Shown here: positions 1 to 12,785 of the stretch, in pieces
How positions within the stretch are numbered: position 1 is the stretch's first letter
Layout: each line of letters opens with the position of its first letter
Assembly (NCBI GenBank): GCA_026023565.1
Contig: JAPETS010000016.1
Location: 124,001 to 188,000 of the forward strand
Length of the DNA stretch: 64,000 nucleotides
From: Cirrosporium novae-zelandiae
Lineage: Eukaryota
Direction of reading: 5' to 3'
Translations under genes and position numbers: made by a program
The notes under the pieces: model-generated
Seen by the model: the letters and a program-made list of their open reading frames with translations, nothing else
Database searches by the model: none
What the model was told of the DNA's origin: nothing

Positions 1-2439
1 CGGAAATCGCCACCCCAAACGGACCAAACATCAAATGCCTCCAAACGAGAGACACAAAGGTCGAATCAAACTTCTCCGTCCGGATCTTCACTTTCTAGTA
101 ATACCATGCAGAATATTCCTGTTATTGCTCCATTTCCTGATGACCGCGGTTCCCCTGTGCGAGAGTCCACCCTATCTGGAATTCCGGCATCATTTCCTCC
201 CCCGCCGCCTCCCCCGAAACAACAAGATGCCCTGGCAGCTTTACAACGAGGAGGAGAGCTGGAACGAAGAGCTTCAAGAAGGTATTCACAATATCAGATT
301 TCGAAACATCTTGGGGCTTCTCCGGGAGGAGTTCCAATGCTCCCCCCGAGTCAAAATTCCCCCATTCCGAATCGAGGGAGGGATAACCGGGAGTCTTTAA
401 ATGCGGTTCGTGTGCGTGGTTCCTTGGCTCACATCCGAGGCCAATCATCCAACCGTCTCACTACTAGCATGTCCATGGGCAATTTGCCAAACCGAATTTC
501 AGAAGAAAGTGTAAAGAGTAGAGACCCAGTAATTAGGTTGCCAGACGATGCACCGCCTGACGATAGCCCGACTGCCAAAACGCCGGAGGATAAATATCGT
601 TCTCCTGCCTTACCAATGCCTGTCCCCGATATACCTGTTCTCGAGGCAACTTTATCGGGCCCCGCTGAGATCCCTTCGGGGATAGCTGACGAGGCGAAAG
701 GTAAAGGACCAGAGAAATCTCTACCCAGGCTTCCCTCCGACGTGTCCATCACAGACCAGGAAAGGCCCAAGAAGCCTTCAATAGCTACGCCCACCGAGAC
801 GCGGCAATTCACTCCAGAAGGGACTCCAGGACCCGGAAAGGAATTAACATTATTTCTGCAATACAAGAGTAAGATTAAAAAGTTTGTTCTTTCTGAGGGC
901 TATGACGAACTATCGGTTGCTCGATTGCAACTCGCATTTATTGAAAAATTTAATTGGAACACCCATAGCAATGGGCGGGATCTTCCCGAAATCTACATAC
1001 AAGATCCTATATCGGGTGTTCGCCATGAACTTGAAGACCTTAGCGACATCAAAGATCGTTCTGTGCTTGTTTTGAATGTAGAAGCTCTAGACGAAGTCAA
1101 AAGTCATATCGATGAAGGCATTGGTGGACTTCGTCGCATGCTCGACAGCGTTCGTGCCGTTGTTGAGAACCAAGAGAGCACAATCCAACGTGTCTCGACC
1201 TTACAACAGGACACTGCTAAAGAAGTTGCTAAACTTGCCGCTACTCCAGCGCCAGCTACCGCGACTGCTATTGCTACTACCGTGTCTCGTACTATTAGTC
1301 TTCCAAGCACAGCCCGTTCTACTCCAATTATTCTAAATGCAAATAGTGCTTCCTCGGCAGCTCAACTCTCCGAGATTCAAAGTCTCCGCCGTGACCTTGC
1401 TGTGGTTCGCCAAACATACAGCAATTTCGTTGACGAAATGACTTCATCTATGACTTCTATCCGTGGCAAGGCCTCTTCTATCAAGACTGTTGCAGTGCAA
1501 TCTGCGGTTCCAAGTCTCGATCCTGACTCTGGACGTGCCTATGTTAATGTTGGAAAGAAGGCATTGGGTGATGACTCGGAGAAAATTGTTAACCGCGTTG
1601 ATGATCTTCAAGATATCGTCGAAGATCTCCGCAAGGATGTTGTCACTCGTGGTGTTCGACCTCTTCCACGTAAACTCGAGGTTGTGTCAAAAGATATTAG
1701 CGTCGCCACAGCCGAGCTTAAGAAAATGCAGCAGTTTCTTAAACGCGAGAAGCCTCTATGGACCAAGATTTGGGAAAAAGAATTGGAACTTGTTTGCAAT
1801 GAACGTGATTTCCTGACGTTGCAAGAAGACTTGGCGGCAGATTTGGAAGACGATCTTGAGAAGGCATCACAGACATTTGCTCTTGTAGAACAAGCTACAA
1901 AACAGCAGAATCTGACCGCACAAGCCAATGGCGACGTAGTTGCCCCTGGAAGCAATTTCAGAAATTCTTCGAGAAGCCTTCCAATTGAAACATCTCTCGA
2001 CCCTGTCAAGGCCAAAGATGATATGTTAGATGAGGTTCGCGCTCTACAGCCCAATCACGAAAGCCGCGTGGAAGCGATCGAGAGGGCCGAGAGGGCCAGG
2101 CAAAAGGAGCTGGAGGAGAGAAAAGAGGGCGAATTCAAGAAAGAGTTGGTCGGGTTTGTAGAAGGTGGAGGGTTAAAGAAGAGTGGAGGATTTGAGGAGG
2201 TAGAGAGGCGCAGGAAAATGAAGGATGATAGGATCAGGAAGGAGGTTTGGGAGAGGATGAATGGTATTGCCCCTGCTCCCGAGGGGGCGGATGGAGCCCC
2301 GGAAGAGGATGAAGACCCCATGCAAGATGAAGAAGGGGTTATGACAGAAGCGACGGGTGTCGACGATGAAGCTTTGGTCAATGGAGGGGATGAGAGGAGA
2401 CTAGATGACGGGGAAGGGCTGGATGGAAATGGGATATGA
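1..2439 (+). CDS. BUD6: Actin-interacting polarity protein Bud6/Aip3 (5' partial)
   Basis: Frame is open from base 1. It contains 'LQRGGELERRASRR', 'LTLFLQYKSKIKKFV', 'LQLAFIEKF', 'IYIQDPISGVRHELEDLSD', 'VDDLQDIVEDLRKDVVTRGVRP', 'KIWEKELELVC' and 'LQPNHESRVEAIERAE', typical of the AIP3 domain. Confidence 0.93.
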   Translation, partial: RKSPPQTDQTSNASKRETQRSNQTSPSGSSLSSNTMQNIPVIAPFPDDRGSPVRESTLSGIPASFPPPPPPPKQQDALAALQRGGELERRASRRYSQYQISKHLGASPGGVPMLPPSQNSPIPNRGRDNRESLNAVRVRGSLAHIRGQSSNRLTTSMSMGNLPNRISEESVKSRDPVIRLPDDAPPDDSPTAKTPEDKYRSPALPMPVPDIPVLEATLSGPAEIPSGIADEAKGKGPEKSLPRLPSDVSITDQERPKKPSIATPTETRQFTPEGTPGPGKELTLFLQYKSKIKKFVLSEGYDELSVARLQLAFIEKFNWNTHSNGRDLPEIYIQDPISGVRHELEDLSDIKDRSVLVLNVEALDEVKSHIDEGIGGLRRMLDSVRAVVENQESTIQRVSTLQQDTAKEVAKLAATPAPATATAIATTVSRTISLPSTARSTPIILNANSASSAAQLSEIQSLRRDLAVVRQTYSNFVDEMTSSMTSIRGKASSIKTVAVQSAVPSLDPDSGRAYVNVGKKALGDDSEKIVNRVDDLQDIVEDLRKDVVTRGVRPLPRKLEVVSKDISVATAELKKMQQFLKREKPLWTKIWEKELELVCNERDFLTLQEDLAADLEDDLEKASQTFALVEQATKQQNLTAQANGDVVAPGSNFRNSSRSLPIETSLDPVKAKDDMLDEVRALQPNHESRVEAIERAERARQKELEERKEGEFKKELVGFVEGGGLKKSGGFEEVERRRKMKDDRIRKEVWERMNGIAPAPEGADGAPEEDEDPMQDEEGVMTEATGVDDEALVNGGDERRLDDGEGLDGNGI

Positions 2440-3257
2440 ACATCTGCATCATAATGGGCGTTTGGATCACTGTTTGGGGTGGAGTAGGTATTGGTTTGGG
2501 CGCTTCGGGGGATTGGAAGAGGACTGTTCAAATTTTTGGCATCAATTGGGCTCTATTGTAGAAATTTCTTTCTTTTACGCCGGCATCAGCGACTTCATTA
2601 GGTAAAGGTTACTGAGTACAGACGGTCATTCTGGTTTAAGTCGGATGAATGAGGATATATAATTTGCTGAATATTGGGAAATCTATCATGTTACTATAGC
2701 GAGCTTGGATTGAAGGTGCTTTAATATTGTGGCGCAAATTATTTTCAGTGTGGTGTGGTATATCGATCGATAAGATAAGTAGACACGGTATGATACTTGT
2801 GGACTAGCGGTAATTACAGGGATCAGATACCCACCAGATTCATCCATCCCATACCACCCCAGCCACACTGACGTACCAGCCATTCAATATTCTTCCATCC
2901 AACACTTTTTATATGCAATGTACAAGTATCTCGCCCCAACCAATTCACAATAAATGAATCATCTGATTTCTTGCATCTTCTTCATTGTCTATATCTTGAT
3001 CTGCTATTGTGCCTATTGCAATTAGTGGTGTTGTTTCGGATATTTTTATTGTTTTCGTATTCGTACAACTCATCATCACAAGCTGACCGTCTCCCCAGAA
3101 GTCTTGGTCTCAGAACAGCTCACGGAACCGGACAAGTTTTATCGGTCTCCGAGACTTTGTTCTCTCACCTTTTTACCTCCCGTGTGGCTACTTCATTGAA
3201 CTTCTAGTTATTACTAAACCTAGATCTTGAATATTAAATCTACCCACATCACCACCA

Positions 3258-4873
3258 ATGCGGAACTTCCTTGAGCTCCTAGCTTTGCCTTCCTCCCTTC
3301 TCCTCCTCATTGTAACGTCACCTTCACCGACCCAGAGCTCTAAGCTATCATGGCCCTACAATCTTGACCCAAACACCAAATACTATCCTTCGGAGGAATC
3401 GGAAATAAAGAAAAATGCTGAGCTTCGAAAACGGCTAGAGGTAGAGAATCCGATAGAGGTGAAGAAAATGAGTGGCGATGAGGGAGAGATGTTTTTCTTG
3501 GGCTATTGGGGTTTTGGGGGAGATTCAACAGAGCAAAAGAACGAAGCATCAAGTCGGTTACGTCCAAGGTTATCTCATGGGGAATGGGAAGATGGCTCTA
3601 GTCCTCAGGAGGGAGGGAACGCATCAATGCTCCTTGCCTACCAACCAGCATTCCTTCCCCATTCAGATGATGTCTGGCCCCGAAATGCTCTTTTTGCTCG
3701 TCTCTTTCACCCTCGTGCTCTTTCCCTTTCGAGGCGTGGCTATCAATGCCCCACTGACACTCACAATTGCTCCTCTATTGATCGCCCCAACGCCTGCTGC
3801 GTAACAGGCGAGACGTGTGAAATCATTACAGATACAGGACTGGGAGATGTGGGATGCTGCGCCGATGGCAAGTCGTGCTCGGGAAAGGTATCAACGTGCG
3901 AGGATGGGTATACGGAATGCTCGAGTAGTCAAGGAGGTGGATGCTGTTTGCCAGGATATGCTTGTGTAGGGGTTGGCTGTTAGTAAAAAATTTTCGTAAT
4001 CTAAGGTCGGAAAACCGAAGAGGCTAATGATATATTATAGGTGCCATCACCTCAACAGCCACTGTAGTCGTCACTCCCACCGTGACGGCCTCAGCCTCTG
4101 CAACCACCACCACTGGCGCAGGAGCAACAACGACCACCAAATCGACTTCCACGACTCCAACCACGACTGCTGCTGCCACTACCACCACAACTACAGCTTC
4201 TCTAACCTGCTCCACAGGTTTTCGCTCGTGTCCTGCCTCCCTAGGCGGAGGCTGCTGCCCCACCTCCCGAGGATGTGCCTCGGCCTCATGTCCCGCGCTC
4301 ACCACCACAACTACCCTCTCTTCTTCCACCACCTCCTCCACCTCAGGAGAAAACCCCGCTGCGCCCGTCCGCCCCACCTCCATCGACACGTTAACAACAA
4401 CAAACTCGGCCCTCTCCTCGGCATCCTCCTGCCCAACAGGCTACTACGTCTGCAGCGCCTTCTACCCTATCGGGCGATGCTGCCGAGTCGGCCGCGACTG
4501 TGCCTCAACCTCCTGTCCTGCCTACACAACCGAAACCGTGGAAACACGCACTGGCACCAACGGCGTCACCATCGTCGTTGTCGGAACTGGATCTGCCGCG
4601 AGTACCATCACCGGCACAGGAACCTCCGCAACCGCAACGGGAAGTAGCTGCGCTGATGGATGGGCACTGTGTCCCAGCAGCGTTGGCGGCGGGTGCTGTC
4701 CCACCGGGTTCGGATGCGGGACTAGCAGCTGTACGATCAGTTCTACCGATGTAACAGCAACAGTAGCCAAAGAGACGGCGAGCCCGAATGCAGCGGCTGC
4801 AACCATTACACCAAGGATGGGATTGGGCGTTGGCGCTGGAATGCTGGGCGCTGGGTTGTTGGTCTTGGCATGA
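3258..4873 (+). CDS. Cys-rich, Ser/Thr-rich GPI-anchored surface protein (2 exons; intron ~3979-4040)
   Basis: N-terminal hydrophobic signal; GTTAGT..GCTAAT..TAG intron joins the two ORFs in frame; repeated C-x-x-G-x3-C-x4-GGGCC-type modules; Thr-rich linkers; hydrophobic C-terminus (GLGVGAGMLGAGLLVLA). Confidence 0.85.
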
Positions 4874-6237
4874 TGATATAACAATAATGGTGATGACACT
4901 GATGATGAAGACGATTTTGGTTCTACAAATGATGACGAGAAAGAAATAGGCATTCCATCACTTCTCCTATTCTTGTTGATGATTTTTGCTATACGATTTT
5001 TTTTTCGAAACGAATAGACTTTATATATATGTGCATGGGTGGATGGATGGTTTTGTATTTTATTCTATTGTTATTTGCATTTGCACATATGATGGATTGG
5101 GTCGTTGGTTGCGTTGAGTGTGTTGGTTGATACACCACACAGCCGAGCAGAACAGAGCAGAACAAGTTTAGATGGTTAAGCCATACAAGCGATGAATATG
5201 CTAGCCCCCTTAGGGATGGAAGTACTGACATTATTAGGGATTAAATATAGGTTACTGGTACTGGTCCAAACTGAACAGAGCAGAGCAGAGCAGAACATTT
5301 GCATAGTCTAAAACACAGACATGAACATGAACAACATAAAACAGTAGCATGCATACAAATAGTCTATACCTAATAAGTAAATATGAATACGAAGAAGCAA
5401 ACAAGAGTACAGTATCAACTAAATTAGATATATACATATATACATCATCACTCCCCCTCCCCCTCCCCCACCAAGTCCCTTTTTTTTCCCCTTATTTCTC
5501 TTTCTCGTTATAAGACCATGATTCCCATCGAACTATATATAGAACCATAGAAGAAAAAGAAATAGTCAAGTTATTTTTTTACCTATCTGGGTATTTAGTG
5601 AGGGGAAAATATTAAACAATCAATTAATCAACTAATCTAGTACAACTATCTATCTTCACAATCAAAATCAAAAAGTCCACCCACACCCACATCCTTATAC
5701 CCCCTGCTTCCCTCTGCCCTCCTCTCCCTCCCCCAAATCCCCTCAACCCCATCCTTCACCCTTTCCAAACGTCTAAAAAACCAAAACAAGCAAAACCCAT
5801 CAAAAAACCCATTAATTAGAAAGAATGAATAATACTAGTATTACAAATAACTATCGACAAGCTAAACTAATCTAATCCCCATCAATCAACCCCAGCCCCC
5901 CGTCTATCCATCTGTCCGTCTGTTCGTCCCATCATCTATCACGTACATAATATCAATCACCACCAAAACCGTTTTATAATTATTGTCTTGGTAGTGACTA
6001 TTGTTGAATGTAAACCGCTGATTTTAGAGAGAGAAAGAAGATGAAAAATCTTCACGCCTGTAAGAATACATAAGAGGAAGTGGAAGAAGGAGGAGGACCT
6101 GCCCCCCGTAACAGCAGCGAAAACATGTCTGCACTTTATCGATCCAATTCTGGTCTAGTCTTTTCTTGTCGTCAGTGGAACCGATTCCCACCATTGTCAA
6201 AGCATCGTTCTCCCAACATCCTACACGTTCGTTGAGT

Positions 6238-7181
6238 TCAAGCGTACCCATCACTCGACACCTCACTGCCACTATAGCTATCCACACTCTTGCCCTTCCT
6301 CGAAGCCCTCTTCATTTGCTTCCTTTTTTTGTCCTTCCACTCTTGATGCTCCTCGTAGGTACTCCCAGCCAAGTATCCCGCAAGAACGCCCCCAAGCGTG
6401 CCTAAGCCCGGGAAGATCATATCGCCAATAAGTCCACCGCCGGCAGCACCGATGAGACCATCATTGCTGTGATTGCTTTGGCTGCTGCCCTCGCGTTGTT
6501 TACGGCGAGAGCGTTTGTCCTTGTTGTGAGAACGGGCGCCATTGCCGTGTTTCTTGTGATGATGGTGCCGATGGTGGTGGTGTTCGTTACTGCGGTTGGC
6601 TAGTTCCGAGTCCGAGTAGTAGCCTGAGGGGGATTGGGGACGATATAAGGGGGGGGTTGAGTGGTTGTAACGTGAACGAGGCTGGAAAGGGGCAGAGACA
6701 GATTGCTGAGGTTTCTGGGGTTAGTGACTATTAACTCCTTTGTGTGAAGGAATGCGTGTTTTCTTACTTGTAGATAAGATGATCCGTAAAATGGATGCTG
6801 GGATTGAGCTTGATATCCTGGTGACGGGTTTTGCTGTGCAGAAAGTGGAACGAGAGGGCTATGGGGATGTGATTGAGCGGGGAGTGGGTAGCTTGGTCTT
6901 CGAATAGGAGCTGCTCCGTAGGGACTTGGAATGAATTGCTGACTCTGAGGTGGTGAGTATTGCTGACTAGGTCGTTGCTGTTGCGGCTGTTGAGGTGGAA
7001 GAGGGGCAGCAGGAGGAGGAGGGTATGAGGGATGGATAGAACCAGGATTCATTGTTGCTTGAGGTGGTTTACCTGGATTGTTGTGATGATTAGTGTGAAT
7101 TGGAGGTTGAAAAGGGTGATATGATGAAGACGGAAGTGGAAAGTCGTAGCTTCCGTTATAATGATAGTCTCGAGCTGCCAT
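6238..7181 (-). CDS. Pro/Gln-rich protein with His tract and glycine-zipper segment (intron ~6715-6767)
   Basis: Splicing GTAAG..ACTAAC..CAG gives one continuous frame through HHHHRHHHH, 'DGLIGAAGGGLIGDMIFPGLGTLGGVLAGYLAG' and a basic tail. Confidence 0.75.
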
Positions 7182-8675
7182 GATGGAAAGTTGGCAGCAA
7201 CGTTCTCGTTATCTGATATTAGATAATGTGACCTAAATATAATTACTGGCTGACAGATAGATGGAAAATAAAACAAAAGAGGAAAAGATGAACAAGGGAA
7301 GCCAATTATTACAATTAATATTCAAGGAAAAATACATATTTCCATGTAATCCTTTCTTTGACTGGTGAAATGGTAATGCCCAGGAAAAAGTTATGTTATT
7401 AAAACGTCATGTTCCTTGGTAAGCAACGGATTTCTGGGATCCCATGACTGGTGGAATAGAAAACAACGGGGGGGTGGTGGAGAGGGCGCACTGGGGGGAG
7501 TTTCCTTGCAGGCATTTCCCCCTCCTTCCTCATGACTTGTTGGATATGAATTATGGATGGGAGATGTTGCATGTCCAGCTAAATCAGCCCAGATGATTAT
7601 ATCGGGTAAAGAACTACAAAAAAAAAGGGCTGTGGAGGGGGGGAGTTTGTTGAGAGTTTGAGCTGCCTGATTCTGATTGCCTGATTCTGATTGCCTGACT
7701 GCCTGAGGACTACAATTAAGTTCCCCTCTAAGCTCAAACCGGATCTACCTTTTTCCCTTTTTCCTTTTTCCTTTTTCCTTTTTCCTTTTTGTTTTCTTCT
7801 TCTTCTTCTTCGTTCCCTTCAGCCTTACCCATCCTTCCCGTCTCTCAAGGCTCATTTTCAAACGTCACTTATTGGCCCACTCCCCCACAAACCTGGGGTA
7901 ACATAAAAATGACTGGGGTCAAAAGAAAACTGAAGGGCGATTATAAAACTGTAGAACAATAAAAGGATTCTATGGCTTTTCTCTGCCCCGCCCCCTCTCT
8001 GCGCCCCGGAAACCATCGCCACGACCCGAGAAGATTATGGTGTGTTACCATCACGAGCGAGGCTCAGCGATGCTTTGGTCTCATTCACGAATCACAAATC
8101 ACACCATTCAGCTTTCACGTGCTCCTTCGAGGGGAATCTGCCTTACCGACCGAACCAACCAAACAGAAATAAAAAAGTATACCAAACGAATAGACTATCT
8201 TATATGAGATCTATCAAAGGTTGTGCTTCCTCGGACTCACACTTTCCTTTTGCCCAGACGTTCAAAGTCTGTCTTTCACGACTTGGACACACTCACTGGC
8301 CAACAATTCCAGTGGCAAAACTCTGCCTATTTTCTTCCATTGTCATCAAAGACACTACCTATTGCCTCATGCGCTTATTCTTAATAGATTGCTATGGCTG
8401 TTGTTGCTTGGTTGTGCATGGTTTCTATCATCACAGAACTCTATGAGATAAAGCCTCGAAACTGGGTGCATGATAATACTTGAGAGGACTCGGGGTTATA
8501 TATATATATATATATTATCATTCTATTCCATCCATGCTGTAAACAACATTCTAAGCTACATTGACATTGCCTATATTATCCTACCTAGGCCATGTACTTG
8601 TCTATCATATATCATCTCTTCGTATCCCAACACACAATTTCTAAAACATATCCATTCACACGTCAGCCAAGGTCA

Positions 8676-10944
8676 TCAAAGCTTACTCTTAACCATATCA
8701 GTCTCATCCTTTTGGATGATTATATCGCTATTCGGATATGGGTCGACCGTTAAAGCATTGAGCGGATTTAGCTGACTTGCTCGATGAAATAAATCCTCGT
8801 AGACCTTTCCATCATATCGGCCAAGGCTGCTATCCAGCTGCCAGTCTGGAAAGGCCCAAGAATCCACTAGCTTCACGGCATGGGGTCTGATCTCCTCTAA
8901 AAGTTTCATTACTGTTACTGTCCTGGCAAGTTGGATCTGGCGAATTGTAACAGCACCCGAGGTAAAAAATTCCGATGCCCCTTGTTCTAGGGTATGCAAA
9001 GCGAAAAGTCGGAACAGTTTGTATAAGATGCCAACCGTCTCCGGGCCCATGGTCGATTGTTTTGACTCTGCACAGAGTGCCTCATAAAAGTTTTTAACAA
9101 CTAGGTATTGAGAATGTGCTGTGCTGAGTCGCCAAAAGTCAACTAGGAGACTGTTCCAGGACTTTCGTTCCTCATCGCGATGTTTGAGGGCTTCAAAGGT
9201 AAAGAAGGATGTTCTCCAAGCGAAGGCTGCTACAATATCCTCATCCCGACCGAGAATATCAAAGGCAGCACCCATGTCTCGCCGGGACAAGAAATGCTTT
9301 AGGATTCTTGTAGTATCATTTCCAGGAGCATCTCCTTTCAGGACTGATCGAGCCGATTTTAGAAGCTAGCTAACTTTTAGCAAAAAAAAAAAAAAACAGT
9401 ATAATGCAATATTGAACTCACATATCGAGCCACTTGTTGTGTCAGCATATAGTTATCACCTTCCCAGGTTGTCGTTGGTAAGTAATCGCTGTACCCTGTT
9501 TTGGAGAATCATTAATGCATATACCGAGAGAGCAGCTTGATCAGAGAAAAAACCTACATGGTCCAATGCCGGAGAAGTTGCTATATCCATGCCCACCGCA
9601 AGCCCTTCGACAGACCTCTAACCCTTCTGCGGCAATAGTGCTACCAAGTGCTTTCAATCCACAAGACGTGGCGTGCAGGTCCGCTAGCAAATCGGTGCCT
9701 GCATTGAGTTCCTCTGGGCCTGCACCACGACCGGTCGAAGCAATTTTTCCTGCATCACCTTTTATCTTCTTTTGGTTTTCATCATACAAGGCCATCATAC
9801 CCCTTCCCGTGAAGTGTAGAGCAAAGGTAGAAGCCAATAATGGGAGGAGACGGATCTGGACCATTGTATAGTTTAAGACTTGGTTTTCCTCTGCCACTCC
9901 TTTCTTGGCATCTTTGTCCTGAAATTGACGTCGGACAGCACAGTAACGGGTGGCAATTGTAACCCCTCGAGCCAAGACAGCACCAGATTGGAGAACTATT
10001 GTTGACCTAACCCAGGTCAAGGTACCATAAACCAAAGACGGGGAAGCTGGTCGCGTATATTTGCTCGTCCTTGGATCGACACTTGAGAATCTGGCTAACA
10101 TGTTGACGTGAGGTACCTTGACATGATTTAATAGCAAAAACCCGTTATCCATAGTATTATATCCGTATTTTGGTCCTAGGTCACCAACATATACATTCTC
10201 CAGAGGCTGGTGGGTTTTCAAATCACGGACTTGGCAAACGAATGGGTGGGGCCCATACCCACGACCATTGATAATCAGCTGGGCCATGACCACGGCGTAA
10301 TTTGCCGTTCTACCTAGAGAGCCGATCCACCATTTCGAAGCTGTCAAATGTGGAGAGTGTAGGGTGAATGTTTGGTCTTCTTGATTCCATGTTGCAGTGG
10401 TTTCTAGACCTCGAACGTTTGAGCCATGGCCCAATTCTGTCTGAGCATAGCAGCCGATAATCTCGTAATTCTCGGCCTTCTCTAGGAAGATATTGTGTTG
10501 TTCGGGGGTGCCTTGTTCTCGAAGTACTTTCTAGAACATAGTGAGATTGAGTGGAGAAGACTTCTACTAGGGAGCTCATACCAGAAACATAGACAAGTGT
10601 AAGTGGTACGGACTCGGTTCACTGATTAGATCCAAGGCAGTCATAAGTTCATCATCGTTCCATTGATGTTTTACTCTTAATCGACGTAACTGCTTCGCAC
10701 GAGCTAGGGCAGTCTTAAATCTATCAACACGGCCACTGAAATAATTCTGCGACTTGTCAAAGATCTTTTCAGACTGCAGAACTTGGAGGATCCGTTCCTG
10801 GCGTTCGAGGATCGGTTTAGTGAAAAGGAATTCGGAGAGCTTATCCACTGAGACGTTGGATTGCTCCCGCTCTTTTTGAAGTAATTCCGAACCCTGTGGA
10901 TCTGCAGGCGTTAAGGCCTTCACCCAGGTTGGAGTTGGTGCCAT
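8676..10944 (-). CDS. POX1: Peroxisomal acyl-CoA oxidase (about 4 exons)
   Basis: 'ELGHGSNVRGLETTAT', 'KWWIGSLG', 'IATRYCAVRRQF', 'CRRACGGHGYS', 'TTWEGDN' in a short exon, and C-terminal PTS1 'SKL'. Confidence 0.95.
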
Positions 10945-12229
10945 TGTCGGATTTGAAATGAAGACAAGGACAATAAAGATGAACAGAGCTGGAAAGCAGA
11001 ATACAAGTAGGTGAAAGACGTGCTGAGCATTTTGTAGGATTATTGAGCCGAGGCATCTGTCAGAAATGCTAGCACTAGTTGATTATGGCTTTGGGAAAAA
11101 TATCTCTTTGGACTATCATGTGTATAGTGATCCACAAGTTCGGAGTAAAGGCGGAGGTGTTAAGGTTGGTGTAGCAGTATAATTAAATCGTACCCTAGCC
11201 CGAATAAATTGTACGCCCAAGGGGCACTTGAATAAGTAAACCTGGACCTCGGCAAGATCAGAAGATTAGATCTGTAATTACTGTATTTAGATAATACCTG
11301 GGTAGCACGTGGTTAGCCTAATTAGTGCTCCTCGGTTTAGCATCATTATACTTAGTACTATAATTATGCAAGAGGCTTTCGTGCAGAATGGAAATCTAAT
11401 TCTGCCTTTTCCGCTAGTTTTCCTTTAAACACATGTGATCGTCGGCAAGTACAAGAAGACGAAATCACCGGTTGCCCTTTACCCATCGTTAGGTATCTAT
11501 AGGAAAGTATAATAAGCAAGATATATTGAAATGTTGCTGTCCATCTAGATAATAATCAACCGAAGAGCAGAAATTCTCCAAAAATGTCGACTATTAGACG
11601 CTGAGGCCCCCTATAGAGGACTCCACTCTACTCTTAACATAGACAATTTGACCTTCAATCAATATATCGTTTACAGCTTCGCGCCATCCAGAAACCAACA
11701 AACAAAATAACAGTTAAATTCCTGTCTCAAGTTTTGTCAATAGCCTTTATGCTTGACCCCTTTTGTTCTGGCGTTTAATCCGAGGAATATAGTAACATGG
11801 CAGTGGTGGCTATTAAGTCATCGGTTCGTGATAACCCACGGACGTTTTCTATGTTCAACAAATCCCAACCGTCATACCGGTCTATTTCAAAATCATCAAA
11901 ATTCTTAATTCTAATCAACTACAAAGACCTAAATGAGAAGAAAATTGTTCAAGGTTTTAAGCTTTTTATCAAAGAGGCCCCTTCCACTTTCTTTGCACTG
12001 GCCTTCTCCTTCCTACGCTCCGACATCTCTTTCACGTCACATAACTAACTATAATTAGTTTCTCTCTTTTGTTGATTATCTAGAATACCCCTATTTACTG
12101 GATATCGTACTTCCCTTAACCCTCAGTTCTCTTCTTACTGATCCTTGCTTCTAGTCTCTGCTGCTCATTTAAAGACTTGTTTTGCTATGACCTAAAACAC
12201 ATCTAGCTCCCCTACAATATTTGTCAGAA

Positions 12230-12785
12230 ATGTCAGGTCTCTTCCATTTTCAGATAGTTGGAACGCTCTTTGCTCTCTGGTGGATCTCACTCTCTATCGC
12301 CAGCTGCGTTTTCCCACTGCTCGTCGCTCAACCGATTGCCCGTGATCAGCCCCGAACTCATCGATTTACGGCCTGGTCTGTAGCGACAACTCAGATTCTA
12401 ACACCCCTGAATTATTCATCATGGGGAAGACGAACTTATTTGAATATATCCAAGACAGCAAATGGTTCGATGGACACAGAAAGCTACGCATTAGTATGTA
12501 GTAAAGTATGCTCCATATTTGTCTCAATGACTAAATCCCACCTCATAGGAAGTGATCGGGACCATACCGGCCGAGACTTTCGACATAGCATCTATACAAG
12601 CAGGTGATATAGCCACATCCGAAACTGCACCCACAGCTACGCCGACTGAGGTGGCTCGTAATTCTGCTTTCAGAATATCCATTCTCAATATGTCTTTTGA
12701 TATTGAGGCCATCGTTAGCCTTCCGTCCTGGCTACGAGCTTTGGGAAGTCTATTCGGGGTGGCCGTAGTAATGTCTACTCTATAA
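12230..12785 (+). CDS. Putative small orphan secreted/GPI-like protein (intron 12494-12548)
   Basis: ATG at 12230; hydrophobic N-terminus; phase-0 GTATGT..ACTAA..TAG intron joins two ORF fragments in frame; Thr-rich spacer; hydrophobic C-terminus. Confidence 0.5.

Noticed and set aside
7664..7812. Short tandem repeats here and at ~33650, ~37577, ~41313 and ~54594
   Set aside because: These are ordinary slippage-type simple repeats with no higher-order structure.
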